Assembly (NCBI GenBank): GCA_963788655.1
Contig: CAWBHS010000087.1
Coordinates: 1 to 64,000, forward strand
DNA from: an uncultured Verrucomicrobiae bacterium
GTDB lineage: Bacteria; Verrucomicrobiota; Verrucomicrobiia; Limisphaerales; JAFGQR01
Length of the DNA stretch: 64,000 nucleotides
Direction: 5' to 3'
Below the pieces are notes generated by a model that was not told the origin of the DNA, did no database searches, and was given only the letters and a program-made list of their open reading frames with translations. Position numbers and translations under genes: made by a program. Positions 10,325 through 20,351 of the stretch are shown here, piece by piece; position 1 is the first letter of the stretch, and each line of letters starts with the position of its first letter.

Positions 10325-12070
10325 ATGGCTAACCGAAGTACCACCATGGCCGCCGCCCCTTCGCCGCTGGGGCTGCTGGTGCGCGTGAACGCTCTCACGT
10401 TGTGGCGGCGGTTCAAGTCGATCAATGATCAGTCGCGGCTACTGACCGCCACCATCATCCTGTTCATCGCGGGTTATCTGGTGGTGGCGTTTGGCTTGTT
10501 CTACAAGGGACTGTGGTTCGTCTCGCGGTTTCCGGGGCTCGGTACGATTTTGACGGAGCGGTTAATGTTCCTGTTGTTCGCATTCCTGTTTGCGTTGCTG
10601 CTGCTGAGCAATCTGGTGATCAGTTACACGAACTTGTTTCGCAACCGGGAAACCGCCTACTTGCTGACTCTGCCCATTTCCACGAGCAGCATCTTTCGCT
10701 GGAAGTTCATTGAGTCCACCTTGCTGGCGTCATGGGCCTTCCTGTTCTTGATTGCGCCGTTGCTGGCAGCGTACGGGCTGACCCGCGAAGTGCCCTGGCA
10801 TTTTTATCCGGCCACGATTCTGATGGTCGGGATGTTCATCATTTTGCCCGGCGTCGCCGGCGCCTGGGTAGCCGTTAACCTGGCGCGCTATCTGGACCGG
10901 CGGCTTTTTCAAGTGCTGGCGGTGCTGTTCGTGGCGGGCTTGGTGGCCGGCGCCGCCTGGTGGTTCCGGCCCGAAACCGTCGGTTTGGACCCGGTGGAAA
11001 CCCACGTGCAGACGGTGCTGGATCGCATGCTGGGCAAAACGGGCTTCGCGCAAAATGCCCTGTTGCCCAGTTGCTGGGTTTCCTGGAGCGTGCTGCTGTG
11101 GGCAGAGGGAGCCGTGCGGGCGGCGGGCTACTATTGGCTGGTGCTGCTCAGTTACGTCTTGTTCTTCGGCACGCTGGCGCTCACCCAAATGGGCGGTTTG
11201 TTCTACGAGGCATCGTCCGCGGTCCACAGCCGGGGCAGCGTGTTTGGCCGGTGGCGCTGGTTTCGGGCGCGGCGGCAGCGCCTCGAGGAATTGGATTCCC
11301 AGCCGGGCTTGGCGGAACGCCTGGTCAATCGCTTGTCGTTTCTGAGTCCGGACGTCCGCGGCCTGATCGTTAAGGATACCCGCACGTTCTGGCGGGACAC
11401 CACGCAATGGGCGCAGTCCCTCATGCTCTTTGGCCTGCTGGGCGTTTACATCTTCAACCTGCGCCATTTTTCCCAGCAACTGGGCAGCGCGTTTTGGATT
11501 CACCTGGTGTCGTACTTGAACCTGGGGGCCTGTTCGCTGAATTTGGCCACGCTCACGACGCGGTTTGTGTTTCCGCAGTTTTCTTTGGAGGGCAAACGGC
11601 TCTGGATTGTCGGGCTGTCCCCGCTGGGGCTGAAGAACCTGGTACTGGTCAAATACTGGCTGGCGACCGCCACGTCGCTGATCGTCACGTTGGGATTGAT
11701 TTTGTTATCGTGTCACATGCTCGACATGCCGTGGATGGAAACTCTGTTCTTTGCCGCGTCCATTGCCACCATGACCTTCACGCTGAATGGACTCGCGGTG
11801 GGCTTGGGCGTGTTGTATCCCAACTTCAAGGAGGATAACCCGAGCAAAATCGTCAGTGGTTTTGGCGGGACGTTCTGTTTGGTGCTGAGTTTCCTGTACA
11901 TCCTGGGCTCGGTGGTGCTGCTGGCCTTCGCCAAGCCCTGGATCATGAGCGACCCGAGTTCGACGGCCCAAACGTTCCTGTGCATGGCGGGCTTTCTGGG
12001 CTTGTCCGGGTTGCTGGGCTGGCTGCCTCTCAAGCTGGGCTTTCGCCGGCTGCAGACGTTTGAAATGTAA
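10325..12070 (+). CDS. Putative ABC-2 type transporter permease (polytopic membrane protein)
   Basis: 581 aa with many TM segments; motifs ETAYLLTLPIS, KDTRTFWRD, FSLEGKRLW. Confidence 0.8.
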   Translation: MANRSTTMAAAPSPLGLLVRVNALTLWRRFKSINDQSRLLTATIILFIAGYLVVAFGLFYKGLWFVSRFPGLGTILTERLMFLLFAFLFALLLLSNLVISYTNLFRNRETAYLLTLPISTSSIFRWKFIESTLLASWAFLFLIAPLLAAYGLTREVPWHFYPATILMVGMFIILPGVAGAWVAVNLARYLDRRLFQVLAVLFVAGLVAGAAWWFRPETVGLDPVETHVQTVLDRMLGKTGFAQNALLPSCWVSWSVLLWAEGAVRAAGYYWLVLLSYVLFFGTLALTQMGGLFYEASSAVHSRGSVFGRWRWFRARRQRLEELDSQPGLAERLVNRLSFLSPDVRGLIVKDTRTFWRDTTQWAQSLMLFGLLGVYIFNLRHFSQQLGSAFWIHLVSYLNLGACSLNLATLTTRFVFPQFSLEGKRLWIVGLSPLGLKNLVLVKYWLATATSLIVTLGLILLSCHMLDMPWMETLFFAASIATMTFTLNGLAVGLGVLYPNFKEDNPSKIVSGFGGTFCLVLSFLYILGSVVLLAFAKPWIMSDPSSTAQTFLCMAGFLGLSGLLGWLPLKLGFRRLQTFEM

Positions 12071-12262
12071 TCGGGGCATGCAACCGCGCAGTCGTGTTGG
12101 CGGTGGTGGCAACGGAGAGAGGTTGAAGAGTTGAAGGAGAATAGGGGCGAGGGCGAGAATTTTCCTGAGATGTTGGCCAGTTCGTGACTCCAAACATCCA
12201 ATCGCTCCCTCGCGGTTACAGCTCTGTTGAGGGGGATGCTCCCGCACCGATCCGCAGCGGAT

Positions 12263-12541
12263 CCTTCTTGCTCTTGCTCTTGCTCTTACTCTTACGCTTG
12301 CTCTTGCTCATCAGCATCTCAAAAGAGCAAGCGTAGGAGCAAGAGCAAGAGCAGGAAGCGCGCATCTCAATTTTGTCCGCACACTCGGCATCCGGCATCT
12401 GGCATCCTGGCATCTGGCATCTGGCATCTGGCATCCGGCATCTGGCATCCGGCATCTGGCATCCGGCATCTGGCATCCCGGCATCCCGGCATCCGACCCG
12501 CATCCGGCATCCAGCATCCCGCATCCCGCATCCCGCATCCC
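12263..12541. repeat. Intergenic short tandem repeats: (CTTGCT)n with its inverted copy (GAGCAA)n, then about 20 GGCATC(C/T)-type heptamers
   Basis: Directly visible at 12263-12357 and 12386-12541. Confidence 0.9.
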
Positions 12542-12638
12542 CCCAACTTCCCCGGCGCTCCCATCGTTTCAGGCGTGAAGCCACGCGCCTCCAAATTTCC
12601 CCCTTTCCGATTGTCCGTGGTCTTGCCATCCTGCGGAC

Positions 12639-13403
12639 GTGACTCGAACTGAAGCTAATGCGTTGCTGGATGAATTTCGTGCCGGGGTCGTGAACCGCGA
12701 GCAGGTGGTGCGGGCCTTTCAAGCAGCGCCGATTGTCGAATTGGGTTTCGCCCAAGTCGATTTGCACCGGTCGCTGCGCAAGAATTTTCCGGAAGTCATC
12801 TACGGCGAAAACAAGACGCCCCGGCAGGTGGTGGAAATTGCGCAAAAGATTGTTCTCCATGATGGCCGTTTGCTGATCACCCGGGTGACGGCGTTGCACG
12901 CGCAAGCGGTCCGCCGAAAACTCAAACGGGCCAAGTACCACGAAGCCGCCCGGTGTATCACCTATCAAAACAAACCGTTACCCAAACGGACCGGCACGAT
13001 TGCCGTGCTGGCCGCCGGCACCAGCGATTTGCCCGTGGCCGAAGAAGCCGCGATCACGGCGGACATCATGGGCAACCGCGTCGAGCGGATCTACGATGTG
13101 GGGGTGGCGGGTTTGCACCGCTTGCTGCGCCGGCAGGAGGCACTGCAGCGGGCCCATGTGATCGTGGCCGTCGCGGGAATGGAAGGCGCCCTGCCCAGTG
13201 TGGTGGCCGGATTGGTTGATAAGCCGGTGATTGCGGTGCCCACCAGTGTGGGTTACGGGGCCAGCTTCGGCGGTATCGCCGCACTGCTGGCGATGCTGAA
13301 CAGTTGCGGTAGCGGGGTCACCGTGGTGAACATCAACAACGGCTTCGGCGCCGGTTATGCCGCCAGCCAGATCAATGCACTCGTCGCGGGGGAATTGTCA
13401 TGA
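12639..13403 (+). CDS. larB: Nickel pincer cofactor biosynthesis protein LarB
   Basis: FPEVIYGENKT, AGTSDLPVAEEA, DVGVAGLHRL, AGMEGALPSVVAG, VPTSVGYG, VVNINNGFGA. Confidence 0.93.
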   Translation: MTRTEANALLDEFRAGVVNREQVVRAFQAAPIVELGFAQVDLHRSLRKNFPEVIYGENKTPRQVVEIAQKIVLHDGRLLITRVTALHAQAVRRKLKRAKYHEAARCITYQNKPLPKRTGTIAVLAAGTSDLPVAEEAAITADIMGNRVERIYDVGVAGLHRLLRRQEALQRAHVIVAVAGMEGALPSVVAGLVDKPVIAVPTSVGYGASFGGIAALLAMLNSCGSGVTVVNINNGFGAGYAASQINALVAGELS

Positions 13404-14836
13404 AAACGATTTACCTGGACTTGGCCAGCGGCATCAGCGGCGACATGTTTCTGGGCGCGTTGATCGATTTGGGAGCGGACCAGCATGCGCTGGAGCGGAA
13501 CTTGGCGCGCCTGCCGTTGGACGGCTACCACCTGCACGTCGGCCGGCAGCAACGTGGGGCGATTGAAGGGGTCAAGTTCGACGTGCATTTGGAAACGGAG
13601 CATTCCCATACCGCCGACTCCGAAGCGGGCGGTCATTCGCATAACCATCCGCACGCTCATGTTCACCGGGAACCTCGTAGCAGCGAACGTGAGTTCGCTC
13701 AAACCAACGGCGTTGAAGAACAGAGCCGACTCACGTCGGCTGCTACGGGTAAGAAGAGCGGCACCGGACAGGCGGCTTCGGAGCATTCTCCCCACGAATC
13801 TCACGAGGGTGAACATGGGCATCGCCACGCCCGCACCTTTGCGGACATCCGGCAGATGATCCAGGACAGTCCCTTCACGCATTGGGTCAAACACAAGTCG
13901 ATTGCGGTGTTCCGCCGGATTGCTGAAGCGGAGGGCAAGGTCCACGGCCAACCGCCCGAGCAGGTCCATTTCCATGAAGTGGGCGCCGTGGATTCCATCG
14001 TGGACATCGTCGGCGCTTGCCTGACCCTCGAGCAAATGGGCCAACCGCGAGTGCTGGCTTCGCCGGTCACCGAAGGCACCGGTTGGATTGACTGCGCGCA
14101 CGGACGCCTGCCCATTCCCGCGCCGGCCACGTTGGAAATTTTGAGCGCGCGCGGTATCCCATTGTCGCAATGTGACGAGCCCAACGAGCTAGTAACCCCC
14201 ACCGGCGCCGCGTTGCTGGCGGAGTTGGCGGAAAGCTTTGGTCCGCTGCGCGATTTTGTGCCCGCAAGGATCGGCTATGGCTTGGGTTCCCGCGAAACGC
14301 GCACGCGCAACAACGTGCTGCGCGTGGTGCTCGGTGAACCGGTGGTTCCGAGTGGCGATTGGAAACAGATTTTGTCGCACGGACATTTTGACTGGGAAAC
14401 CGATGTCATCGTCACCCTCCAAACCAACCTGGATGACGTACATGCCGAAATCCTGGGACGGTTCATCGAAGTGGCTTTGACGCAAGGCGCCTTGGACGCC
14501 TTCTTTACTCCGATCCAAATGAAGAAGAACCGACCGGCAACTTTGCTGACGGTGCTTTGTGCCGAGGCAGATGCCGACAAGTTGACCGACCTTATGTTGC
14601 GGGAAACGACGGCGTTTGGCGTTCGGCGTTTTTTAACCGAACGGCGCAAATTGCGGCGAGAAGTCGTGGGGGTGGCCACGCCTTATGGCGAGGTCAGTGT
14701 TAAACTCGGCCGGCTCAACGGCCAGGTGATTCAGGCGACCCCGGAATTTGAATCCTGCAAACAAGTAGCCGACCGAGCCCATGTCCCGCTGAGGCAAGTG
14801 TACGACGTGGCGCTGCGCGGCGTGAAATGGACCTGA
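13400..14836 (+). CDS. larC: Nickel pincer cofactor biosynthesis protein LarC
   Basis: SGISGDMFLGAL, a His-rich region, VHFHEVGAVDSIVD, AHGRLPIPAPAT, ELVTPTGAA, MKKNRP, PEFESC. Confidence 0.93.
   Translation: MKTIYLDLASGISGDMFLGALIDLGADQHALERNLARLPLDGYHLHVGRQQRGAIEGVKFDVHLETEHSHTADSEAGGHSHNHPHAHVHREPRSSEREFAQTNGVEEQSRLTSAATGKKSGTGQAASEHSPHESHEGEHGHRHARTFADIRQMIQDSPFTHWVKHKSIAVFRRIAEAEGKVHGQPPEQVHFHEVGAVDSIVDIVGACLTLEQMGQPRVLASPVTEGTGWIDCAHGRLPIPAPATLEILSARGIPLSQCDEPNELVTPTGAALLAELAESFGPLRDFVPARIGYGLGSRETRTRNNVLRVVLGEPVVPSGDWKQILSHGHFDWETDVIVTLQTNLDDVHAEILGRFIEVALTQGALDAFFTPIQMKKNRPATLLTVLCAEADADKLTDLMLRETTAFGVRRFLTERRKLRREVVGVATPYGEVSVKLGRLNGQVIQATPEFESCKQVADRAHVPLRQVYDVALRGVKWT
13676..13747. 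repeat. REP doublet inserted in frame in larC
   Basis: Inverted 25-nt arms CGTAGCAGCGAACGTGAGTTCGCTC / GAGCCGACTCACGTCGGCTGCTACG, 72 bp in total. The same family occurs at 8618, 14857 and 19426-19517. Confidence 0.8.
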
Positions 14837-15002
14837 GCCGGATCGATTAATCCCCCCGTAGCCGCCAACGTAAGGAGGCGGATTTGATGTCTCTTCCTGT
14901 GCTCTACCTGCTAACGTCAGCTACGTGGGAACTGGAGTTTGAAACCGGCTAATTGCGTTGCTTGTAGCAATCGGTCAGTTCGTTACGCCTTTTCGGGAAA
15001 GG

Positions 15003-15995
15003 TCACTTGAGGCCGAGAAGTTCCTTCATCGCTTCGCCCATGGCTTCGCCGATGAGGTAATAGGTTTCGGCATTCGTGTTCCAATGGTAGCTTTGCCCGC
15101 TGGGCGACTGCTCCTTGGGTCGGTAGAACGCCTTCGTGCCGACGAAGGCGACGTTGCCCTTGAATTCCGGGTGTTCCGCTACGGCGGCCTGCGCTTTCAT
15201 CAGCGACAGCGCCCGAGGATGCTTTTCCTCGAACCCGCTCATGCCGGTCTCGGCGATGACGAACGGCAGTCCAGGCGCGCCGAGGTCTTTGCGGATGTCG
15301 CGGATGAAGTGGGCCATGTTGCTCTCGTATTCGGCGTTGAACTTGTCGCTGATGCGGTCGTTCCAGCCTTGATGCCAGGCAAAGCCCGCGAGCACGTAGC
15401 GTCCGTCGCTGCCGGGCACCAGGTTCTTCACATTGGCGAGCGCCGCCTTCGTAAGACGCACGGTCTCGCGATAGTATTTGCCGAGGATCTCCGGATTCTG
15501 CGCGATGGCGGCGTCGGTCTTCTCACCGAGTGAATAAGGCAGTTTGCCGGCGCTGGGCGGACGGAAATCTACGGCGAGGCTCTTGCCGCCCCAGGCGCAT
15601 TTGATGAGCAGCACCGGTTCGTCGAGCGCGTCCCCCATCACCCAACCGAAGCCCAACTCGGGACCAATCCGGTCGTTCCGTGCGCCGTAGCCCACGGTGA
15701 GCGGCCCGGTGCGATCGAGATAGGAAATCCAAACGTCGTCGCGCTTGCGCCACTGGCCGGTGGCGTCCACAAGCGGTGCGAAATGCTTGGCCGTCGCCGG
15801 ATCCTTCACGAGGAATTCGAGCGAGCCCTTTCCGCCATTGCGCCGCGGGTCGGCCTTGATGAGCCCTTGGCCCTCCATGTTCGATTGGCCGGCGAGGATG
15901 AACACGCGCACCGGCTTGGGCGCCGCGTTGGCAGAACGGTCGGCGGCCCAGGCGGCCAGCAGGCTAAGGGTGAGGAATGGAATGGTATATTTCAT
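15003..15995 (-). CDS. Sialate O-acetylesterase / SASA (CE6-like) carbohydrate esterase
   Basis: Signal peptide; ILAGQSNMEG, GPELGFG, KCAWGGKSL, WHQGWND, YHWN. Confidence 0.88.
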   Translation of the reverse strand: MKYTIPFLTLSLLAAWAADRSANAAPKPVRVFILAGQSNMEGQGLIKADPRRNGGKGSLEFLVKDPATAKHFAPLVDATGQWRKRDDVWISYLDRTGPLTVGYGARNDRIGPELGFGWVMGDALDEPVLLIKCAWGGKSLAVDFRPPSAGKLPYSLGEKTDAAIAQNPEILGKYYRETVRLTKAALANVKNLVPGSDGRYVLAGFAWHQGWNDRISDKFNAEYESNMAHFIRDIRKDLGAPGLPFVIAETGMSGFEEKHPRALSLMKAQAAVAEHPEFKGNVAFVGTKAFYRPKEQSPSGQSYHWNTNAETYYLIGEAMGEAMKELLGLK

Positions 15996-17389
15996 GATTT
16001 GGTCTTTCTGGCTTTGGCTTTATTTTTATTTCTCGGTGCGGTCTCTTGATGGGGAACCGGCGGCGTCCACTCGGCTGGTTTCGGATGGGCGACTTGCAGC
16101 GGACATTTGTCACCATAAGCAGCCATTTCCTTTTTGAGCCGCGCGGTGAGTTCGGCAAGCTTGGCAGCGTGCTCGGGGCGGTCGGCAAGATTGTTGAGTT
16201 CGTGCGGGTCGGTTTGCAGGTCGAAGAGCTGCGTTTTGTTCACCAGCGGGTAGCGGATGAGCTTCCAGCGGTCGTCGCGCACCGCGCGCTGGCAGTTGCG
16301 GTAACCGGTGTAAAGCACGTCCCGTACTTTGGTGGTCTTGCCTTTAATGACCAGCCGCAGTGATTTGCCCTCAACGCCCTCAGGCACGTTTGCGCCGGCG
16401 AAATCAGCAAAGGTCGGGAACAGGTCCATCAGGTAAACCAGCGCGTCGCTGCGGCCCTTCGGGACGCCCGGTCCGGCGAACACGAGCGGCACGTGCATAC
16501 CGCCGAACTCATAGAGGTTTTGTTTGCCGAACAAGCCGTGCTCGCCCAGCGACAGGCCGTTGTCGCCGCTGAAGATGACGATGGTGTTACTCCCCTGTCC
16601 GCTCGCCTTCAACGTCGCGAAGATGCGTCCGACGTGATAATCGAGGCCGGTGGCGCAGGCGTAGTAATCGGCGAGTTGCTGGCGCGTGTTCTCCGGGGTA
16701 CGCGGCCAGGGTGCGAGCTTCTCGTCGCGCACCGTCATTTCGCCATTGTCGAACGGATGTAGCGGCATGAACGCCGGCAGCAGTGGCACTTTCGCGGGAT
16801 CGTAAAGCTGGTGAAACTCCGGCGCGGCCACGCGCGGATCATGCGGAACCGGCGGCGCGAAGTAGATGTAAAATGGTCGATCGCTTTTGCGCGCCTTCAA
16901 GAACTGGAGCGTGGCATCCGCATGACGCTCGCTGGACCCGCGTCGCAATTGCGGTGTCCGGTCGTTGTAGCTGATATTTGTGTCGAACGCCTTCAAACCG
17001 ATGGTGTATTCATTGCCCCCTTTGCCGACATGGAACGATTCGTAGCCGGCCGCCGCCAGCACCCGCGGCAACGACTTCGCCGGGTCTCCGCCGTTGGGTT
17101 TCGGAATACGCAGCCACGACTTGCCGGTGAGCATCATCGTCCGGCTTGGCTGGCAGACGGCGCCAACCATCGACCCCATTGTGTAGGCGCGCGTGAAAAC
17201 GAAGCCTTCCGCGACCAGCTTGTCGAGGTTTGGCGTCTGCAGGATCGGATTGCCCAGCGCACGCAGTCCGTCTGGTCGGTGATCATCGGCGTTGATGTGG
17301 AGAATATTGGGCTTGGCGCTGGCGACCGGTGTGGCCAGGGCTGAAAGCAAACAGAGGCCAAGCGCAGCAAAAGCTATTCGGGTCGTCAT
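15992..17389 (-). CDS. Sulfatase (choline-sulfatase-like)
   Basis: KPNILHINADD, CQPSR formylglycine motif, PHDP, GKQNLYE. Confidence 0.9.
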   Translation of the reverse strand: MTTRIAFAALGLCLLSALATPVASAKPNILHINADDHRPDGLRALGNPILQTPNLDKLVAEGFVFTRAYTMGSMVGAVCQPSRTMMLTGKSWLRIPKPNGGDPAKSLPRVLAAAGYESFHVGKGGNEYTIGLKAFDTNISYNDRTPQLRRGSSERHADATLQFLKARKSDRPFYIYFAPPVPHDPRVAAPEFHQLYDPAKVPLLPAFMPLHPFDNGEMTVRDEKLAPWPRTPENTRQQLADYYACATGLDYHVGRIFATLKASGQGSNTIVIFSGDNGLSLGEHGLFGKQNLYEFGGMHVPLVFAGPGVPKGRSDALVYLMDLFPTFADFAGANVPEGVEGKSLRLVIKGKTTKVRDVLYTGYRNCQRAVRDDRWKLIRYPLVNKTQLFDLQTDPHELNNLADRPEHAAKLAELTARLKKEMAAYGDKCPLQVAHPKPAEWTPPVPHQETAPRNKNKAKARKTKS

Positions 17390-19584
17390 GGCAGTGGATT
17401 TGTTGAATTTGCCGAAAACATTTGGCTTTGCGTGAGGGCGTTTAAAGTTTGACAGTTCTGGGAAGATCGACTGCCGTTGAGCAGTTGGCCCCGGCGGTTC
17501 CCCTCACCCTGACCCTCTCCCCAGGGAGAGGGAAAAGCGATCGAGCCTGCCGGGATCTTTGGTTGCAGCGCGACCGTCACCGCCTGCTTTAAGATTTGCG
17601 CATCGGAAATGAAACCTGAGAGCGCGCTCGCTGTCCCCGACGGGCGCCGAAGGGGCTCCCTTTCCCCAGAGAGAGGGAACCGCCAGTGGAGCGCAACATT
17701 GAGGTGAGGCTCGATTTGCAGGAGCTGCGTGACGAGTTCTGGAGGTCTTCGGTACCTGATCAACGCGGCGGAAGGTGCTCCCTCTCCCTGAGGGAGAGGG
17801 CTGGGGTGAGGGGGAAGGCGACGTTCGACAACTTCAGCACGCTGGCTCACATCGAGTCGGAATAGACCAAATGGCTTTGAGCCACTCACATCTTCAAGTC
17901 CCTTGCTATGCCAAGGGGCATTCACCGTGACGTCGTTGGTCTGTCGTGCCCCTGGTGTGCTGCGGCCGTTGGCGATGTATTGTTCCAGCAGCTTGGTGAG
18001 ACGGGCCACCACGTCAGGATGCTCCGCCTGCACGTTGTTCGTTTCGCCGATGTCGGCGGTAAGATCGTACAGTTGCACGGCAGGCAGACCTTGCATTTTC
18101 GCCGCGGCATCGCCGGGTTGGCTCCAGCCGCCGCTGCCAGGACAGAATTCCAGTTTCCAGCGCCCTTGCCGGAGGGCGAACCGGCCATTGATGCTGTGAT
18201 GCACGACAGCCTCGCGGAGCGGTGCGCGGTCTTCGCCAAGTAACGCCGGCAGGAAACTCACGCTGTCCTCGCTGGTATTGTCCGGAAGTTGTGTCCCGAG
18301 CAGGTCGGCACAGGTCGCCATCAGGTCGGTATGGCAAATGAGTTGATCACTGTGCGCGCCGGGCTTCACCTTGCCGGGCCACCGCACGAAAAACGGCACC
18401 CGATGGCCGCCGTCCCAAATGTCGCTTTTGTAACCACGGAACTGCGCACTGGCGAAATGCCCCTGCCGTTCCAGCCTGGCGGTGCCGGCGGCTGGCGAGC
18501 AGCCGTTGTCGCTGGTGAAGATGACAAGCGTATTCGTGGCCACGCCCGTCTGGTCGAGCGCGGCGAGCACTTCCCTGACAGCCCAATCCGTTTCCATCAC
18601 GAAATCGCCATACTTACCGAGGCCGGATTTGCCCTGCCACTCCTTGCTCGGCACGATGGGTGTGTGCGGTGAGTTGAGCGCGAGGTAGAGGAAGAACGGC
18701 TGGCCGGTCCGGGCTCGCGCGGTGATGTAACCCACCGCCTGCCGGGTCAATCGCGGCAGCATATCCACTGGCTCGACGATCTCCGTGACACGGTCGTTCT
18801 CGAACGCCGACTTCATCATGCGCGCGTGATGGAAACCATAGAAATAGTCGAAGCCGTGCGTCAGCGGCCCATCGTGCGTCACGGCGCCGAGGGGTGCGCC
18901 TTCAAATCGACCTTTCGCTCCACCGCCGCGTTTCCCTGCCCCCTCGATGGTGAAGCCGAGATGCCACTTCCCCAGGCAGGCGGTGTGGTACCCGTGCTGT
19001 TTCAGCAATGCCGGAACGGTGAGACGATCCCTGGCGATGAGAGGCGGCACGTAGCCATCCAACACGCCGCGCTGCAATCGCGTGCGCCAGGCATAGCGTC
19101 CCGTGAGCACGCCGTAGCGGGTTGGCGTGCAGACCGATGAACCGCTGTGGGCGTCGGTGAATGTCATCCCTTGTGCCGCCAGCCGGTCAAGGTTCGGCGT
19201 CTTGATTTTGCCGCGCTGCGGATTCAAACACTGCACGTCGCCATCGCCCAGGTCGTCAGCGAGGATAAAGACGATGTTGGGCTTCGCCGCAGGCAGCGGC
19301 GCGGCTACGGCGGGGAGCAAGAGCAGGCTGAGGTACGCCAGGGCGAACAGGCGGCTGAAGTCGTAATCCGAAGGCCGAAATCTGAAAACCGAAAGAAGGC
19401 CGAAGCCCGGAATCCGATCAAGCACGGTAGCAGCCGACGTGAGAAGGCTCTGACCCATTTTGCACACTGCCAGCTTCGCCTTACGAAATAGAATGAGCCT
19501 CGTTACCTCGGCTGCTAGCTTGGTCAGTTTGCTTGAGCTTACGGCTAAGAAAGCCGTTTGCGCTTTCAATACGTTGCCTTTCAT
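17386..19584 (-). CDS. Arylsulfatase with repeat-derived N- and C-terminal extensions; start uncertain
   Basis: KPNIVFILADDLG, CTPTRYGVLTGRY, GKWHLG, TSDNG, WDGGHRVP. The core spans about 17920-19330. The ORF stays open through REP repeats and ends in an ATGA overlap with the next sulfatase. Confidence 0.85.
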   Translation of the reverse strand: MKGNVLKAQTAFLAVSSSKLTKLAAEVTRLILFRKAKLAVCKMGQSLLTSAATVLDRIPGFGLLSVFRFRPSDYDFSRLFALAYLSLLLLPAVAAPLPAAKPNIVFILADDLGDGDVQCLNPQRGKIKTPNLDRLAAQGMTFTDAHSGSSVCTPTRYGVLTGRYAWRTRLQRGVLDGYVPPLIARDRLTVPALLKQHGYHTACLGKWHLGFTIEGAGKRGGGAKGRFEGAPLGAVTHDGPLTHGFDYFYGFHHARMMKSAFENDRVTEIVEPVDMLPRLTRQAVGYITARARTGQPFFLYLALNSPHTPIVPSKEWQGKSGLGKYGDFVMETDWAVREVLAALDQTGVATNTLVIFTSDNGCSPAAGTARLERQGHFASAQFRGYKSDIWDGGHRVPFFVRWPGKVKPGAHSDQLICHTDLMATCADLLGTQLPDNTSEDSVSFLPALLGEDRAPLREAVVHHSINGRFALRQGRWKLEFCPGSGGWSQPGDAAAKMQGLPAVQLYDLTADIGETNNVQAEHPDVVARLTKLLEQYIANGRSTPGARQTNDVTVNAPWHSKGLEDVSGSKPFGLFRLDVSQRAEVVERRLPPHPSPLPQGEGAPSAALIRYRRPPELVTQLLQIEPHLNVALHWRFPLSGEREPLRRPSGTASALSGFISDAQILKQAVTVALQPKIPAGSIAFPSPWGEGQGEGNRRGQLLNGSRSSQNCQTLNALTQSQMFSANSTNPLP

Positions 19585-19714
19585 GGTGAGAGCGTTACGC
19601 GAGATGTTCGTTACCAGGCGTGAATAATTCAAACATTGATTTTCAACTTCACCTAACTTGTTTGAGGACGCGTTGACATCCCTTTGCCATTGAGGCAATC
19701 TGTCCACGGCGTTT

Positions 19715-20074
19715 ATGAATCAAACCTTGGTTGAAGCGGATTTACTGGTGCTTTCCAACGGCACGCTGGCGGCTTTTGATCAGCGAGTGGCAGGCCTTCC
19801 ACCCGACCTTTCGGCGCCTTTTCACGATGAAGCCCGGCAGCTTGAGGCCGAATTGCTCACCGTTTATCGAGTGGTCGTCCTGTGTACCAAGAAGGAGGAT
19901 GACTTGGCACGCGTGGCACAATGGTGGGGGGTCATGGTTCAGGTTTGTGATGATTTTGCAGGTCGGCTGAGCCAACTAGTGAGGGACTATCCTCAGTGTG
20001 GGGCAGAACCGTATTACGACCGTGTTCTGGAATTGCGCAGCAAATGCCAACGGCTTCAGACGATGCACAGTTAG
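19715..20074 (+). CDS. Hypothetical alpha-helical protein
   Basis: 119-aa ATG ORF; TTGACA-17bp-CAATCT upstream (19673-19701). Confidence 0.55.
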   Translation: MNQTLVEADLLVLSNGTLAAFDQRVAGLPPDLSAPFHDEARQLEAELLTVYRVVVLCTKKEDDLARVAQWWGVMVQVCDDFAGRLSQLVRDYPQCGAEPYYDRVLELRSKCQRLQTMHS

Positions 20075-20310
20075 CCAGCGTTCCGCCTGAACGGGTGGCT
20101 CAGTTGGCTGCGCTCTATGACCGTTTCGCCAACGCACTGGATCCTTTCTCCCCGGAGCGCGACCAAGCGGAAATGGTCTTCGAGCGAGAAGTCGCTGGCC
20201 TCCATGATGCGCTGCCGGCACCGCGGCCTGATGCTCAGACTTTCAAGAAGGCTTTGATTCTGCGCTGTCGCCGTTACCTCAAAGCGACGATGAAGCCTCC
20301 CGGCATTTGA
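20045..20310 (+). CDS. Hypothetical small protein overlapping the preceding ORF
   Basis: ORF ending 20310 (…LAALYDRFANALDPFSPERDQAEMVFE…); start uncertain. Confidence 0.45.
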
Positions 20311-20351
20311 TGGTCCTCTTTCCGGCGGACGTACATGGCGCAGATCTCGTT

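Noticed and set aside
12216..12968. Low-complexity ORFs (MPDARC/ASGIWH repeats)
   Set aside because: They are artefacts of stop-free tandem repeats.
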